Positions 62,346-64,000 of a DNA stretch of 64,000 nt are shown in pieces. This DNA is from Macrostomum lignano (Eukaryota). The notes below the pieces were generated by a model. The model saw only the letters and a list, made by a program, of their open reading frames with translations, ran no database searches and had not been told where the DNA came from. How positions within the stretch are numbered: position 1 is the first letter of the stretch; each line of letters begins with the position of its first letter. The stretch covers positions 1 through 64,000 of the forward strand of contig NIVC01001110.1 in the NCBI GenBank assembly GCA_002269645.1, given 5' to 3'. The position numbers were made by a program, and so were the translations under genes.

Positions 62346-63159
62346 AATATTATCCTCATCTTATTCTCATAAAAATGGCAAATCCCTAAGGCGCCCCTAA
62401 AAAAACTGGGAAGATTTTTTCCAACAAAAATTCTCCCCCCGCTCGCTGCCAATCCCGCTGCCCCATCGGGTTGCGCAACCGCTCCGAGTGGCTGAGGCAA
62501 AAGGGCGGAATGGGAGAAGCGCCAGAGCCTATTGGACTCCGCGATGCGGAGGGGAGGAACTGAGGAAAAACTGTTTTGGGAGCTTTTTGTCCAATGAGGC
62601 TGTCTGCTTGACCCGGCCTTCCTACAGTGTCCATCGAGTTACGGAAGACCCGACAGGCGTGGCTTCGGTTGCATCATCGCCCGGCTCCGACCGGAGGGGC
62701 CCTGGCTATGGGGGGACGGCAGACCTCAGCCAATCCTGAAGCGGCATATCAGGCCGTGGCAAGTGTGAGGCCCCTGCTAAATAACCTCCACCCCGCTGGA
62801 GAGCTTGAAGAAAAAGAGAGACAGACCAGAAAGAGACGAAGGCACACAGAGAAGCAGATCAGTAGTCACCGGACAGAAAAAGCAATAAGATAGCGGCTTC
62901 AAAAACGAGCACCAGAAATCGCCAGCCACCCCAGCAAAGAAGATCTGCGCAGCCGCTACCTCTGAGCTGACTCAGGCCTGCAGCTGAGCCGCGTTGCGTC
63001 AGAGTCTGCGAGCAGGGACGACTGGAAAACTCTTTTTAAAGAGTCTTTAACTGTGACTGTGACTCACGTTTCTGCTTGAGTCTGCTTTGACCACTTCTAT
63101 TCTCGTTGTCAAGTTCGTTTGTGTAAGTATGGCCGACTTCTAAAGTATTCATTATCTTG

Positions 63160-63530
63160 TCATCCGCTTCCTAATCCGCTCTTAAATCCGCTCCTGAATC
63201 CGCTCCGGAATCCGCTCTTAAATCCGCTCCCCAATCCGGTCTCCAATCTGCTTTTAAATTCGCTCCCGAATCCGCTCCCGAATCCGCTCCCGAATCCGCT
63301 CCCGAATCCGCTCCCGAATCCGCTCCCGAATCCGCTCCTGAATCCGCTCCCGAATCCGCTCCCGAATCCGCTCCGAATCCGCTCCCGAATCCGCTCCCGA
63401 ATCCGCTCCCGAATCCGCTCCCGAATCCGCTCCCGAATCCGCTCCCGAATCCGCTCCCGAATCCGCTCCCGAATCCGCTCCCGAATCCGCTCCCGAATCC
63501 GCTCCCGAATCCGCTCCCGAATCCGCTCCC
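63160..63530. repeat. 12-bp minisatellite
   Basis: Unit CCGAATCCGCTC. Confidence 0.97.
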
Positions 63531-64000
63531 TCACCAGTTCTCACATCCAGTCTCTCATCCACAGCTAAAAGTCACGAACTCAACTCTCCAATAATTTCTA
63601 ACGCAGGCATCGGTGCGGCATGTTCGCGATGACTGCCACCTCAATTGGAGGAGGCGCAGCCGCGGCCGGGTCGGGGCCGGCCAGCGCCGCGACGGCAGCT
63701 GCCAGACGCGCGGCGGAGGCTCGAGCGGCCGAGGCGGCGGCCGAAGCGGCAGCAGAGGCAGCGCTGCGGAGTCGCTACGGCCGGCGCTGCGGGGTGGCGG
63801 CCTCCGCCGTCTCAGGTGCCGCCGCTTCAGCGCCGAACTGCGGCGGCAGCTCGGAGGCGTCTCCTGCTTTGAACTCGAAAGCCACTGCAGCCTCCACACC
63901 GCAGAGGTGGCAGCCTCATCAGCCCCAGTCTCAGCCGCAGCCGCTATCGCCGCACCAGCTGTTGTCAATGCCATTTCCGCCATCGGTTTTGCCTCCGCTG

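Noticed and set aside
49324-63568. Long low-complexity ORFs at 49324-50208, 52162-52655, 54755-56431, 59085-59873, 60745-62400 and 63119-63568
   Set aside because: Each coincides exactly with a stop-free tandem repeat and is open in several frames; no independent coding evidence.
53590-63930. Hammerhead ribozyme cores (CTGATGAG on minus at ~53605 and ~63918)
   Set aside because: No downstream stem II-GAAA or closing helices.

Overview
Repeat-rich animal genomic DNA with short GT-AG introns; the style suggests a flatworm such as Macrostomum (inference). Four host genes were reconstructed by hand: a 7-knuckle CNBP orthologue (+, 3 exons, 16147-18733), an intronless universal stress protein (-, 20447-21001), a ~2000-aa DUF4062-NACHT-(WD-like) NWD-family protein that appears to end in a Dpy-30 dimerization/docking domain (+, 24940-34612), and cysteine dioxygenase (+, 3 exons, 41897-44757). 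Mobile DNA: an inactivated Ty3/Gypsy LTR retrotransposon (-, ~8.2-14.3 kb) with a tRNA-Leu PBS; a CpG-eroded second copy of its leader/PBS/LTR at 4.3-5.9 kb; an internally deleted mariner with ~265-bp inverted arms (14575-15556); a tRNA/CORE-type SINE; and a probable LTR/promoter fragment at 22.0-23.3 kb. About 20 unrelated mini/microsatellite arrays are present, including a 4.8-kb 31-bp array and arrays inside most large introns. The last 17 kb has only broken, unassignable coding-like frames between arrays plus a recurring TTGCGCAA palindrome, and may be a decayed large multi-gene element. Most long ORFs in the supplied track are tandem-repeat artefacts. All alignments and counts were done by eye; no searches were run.
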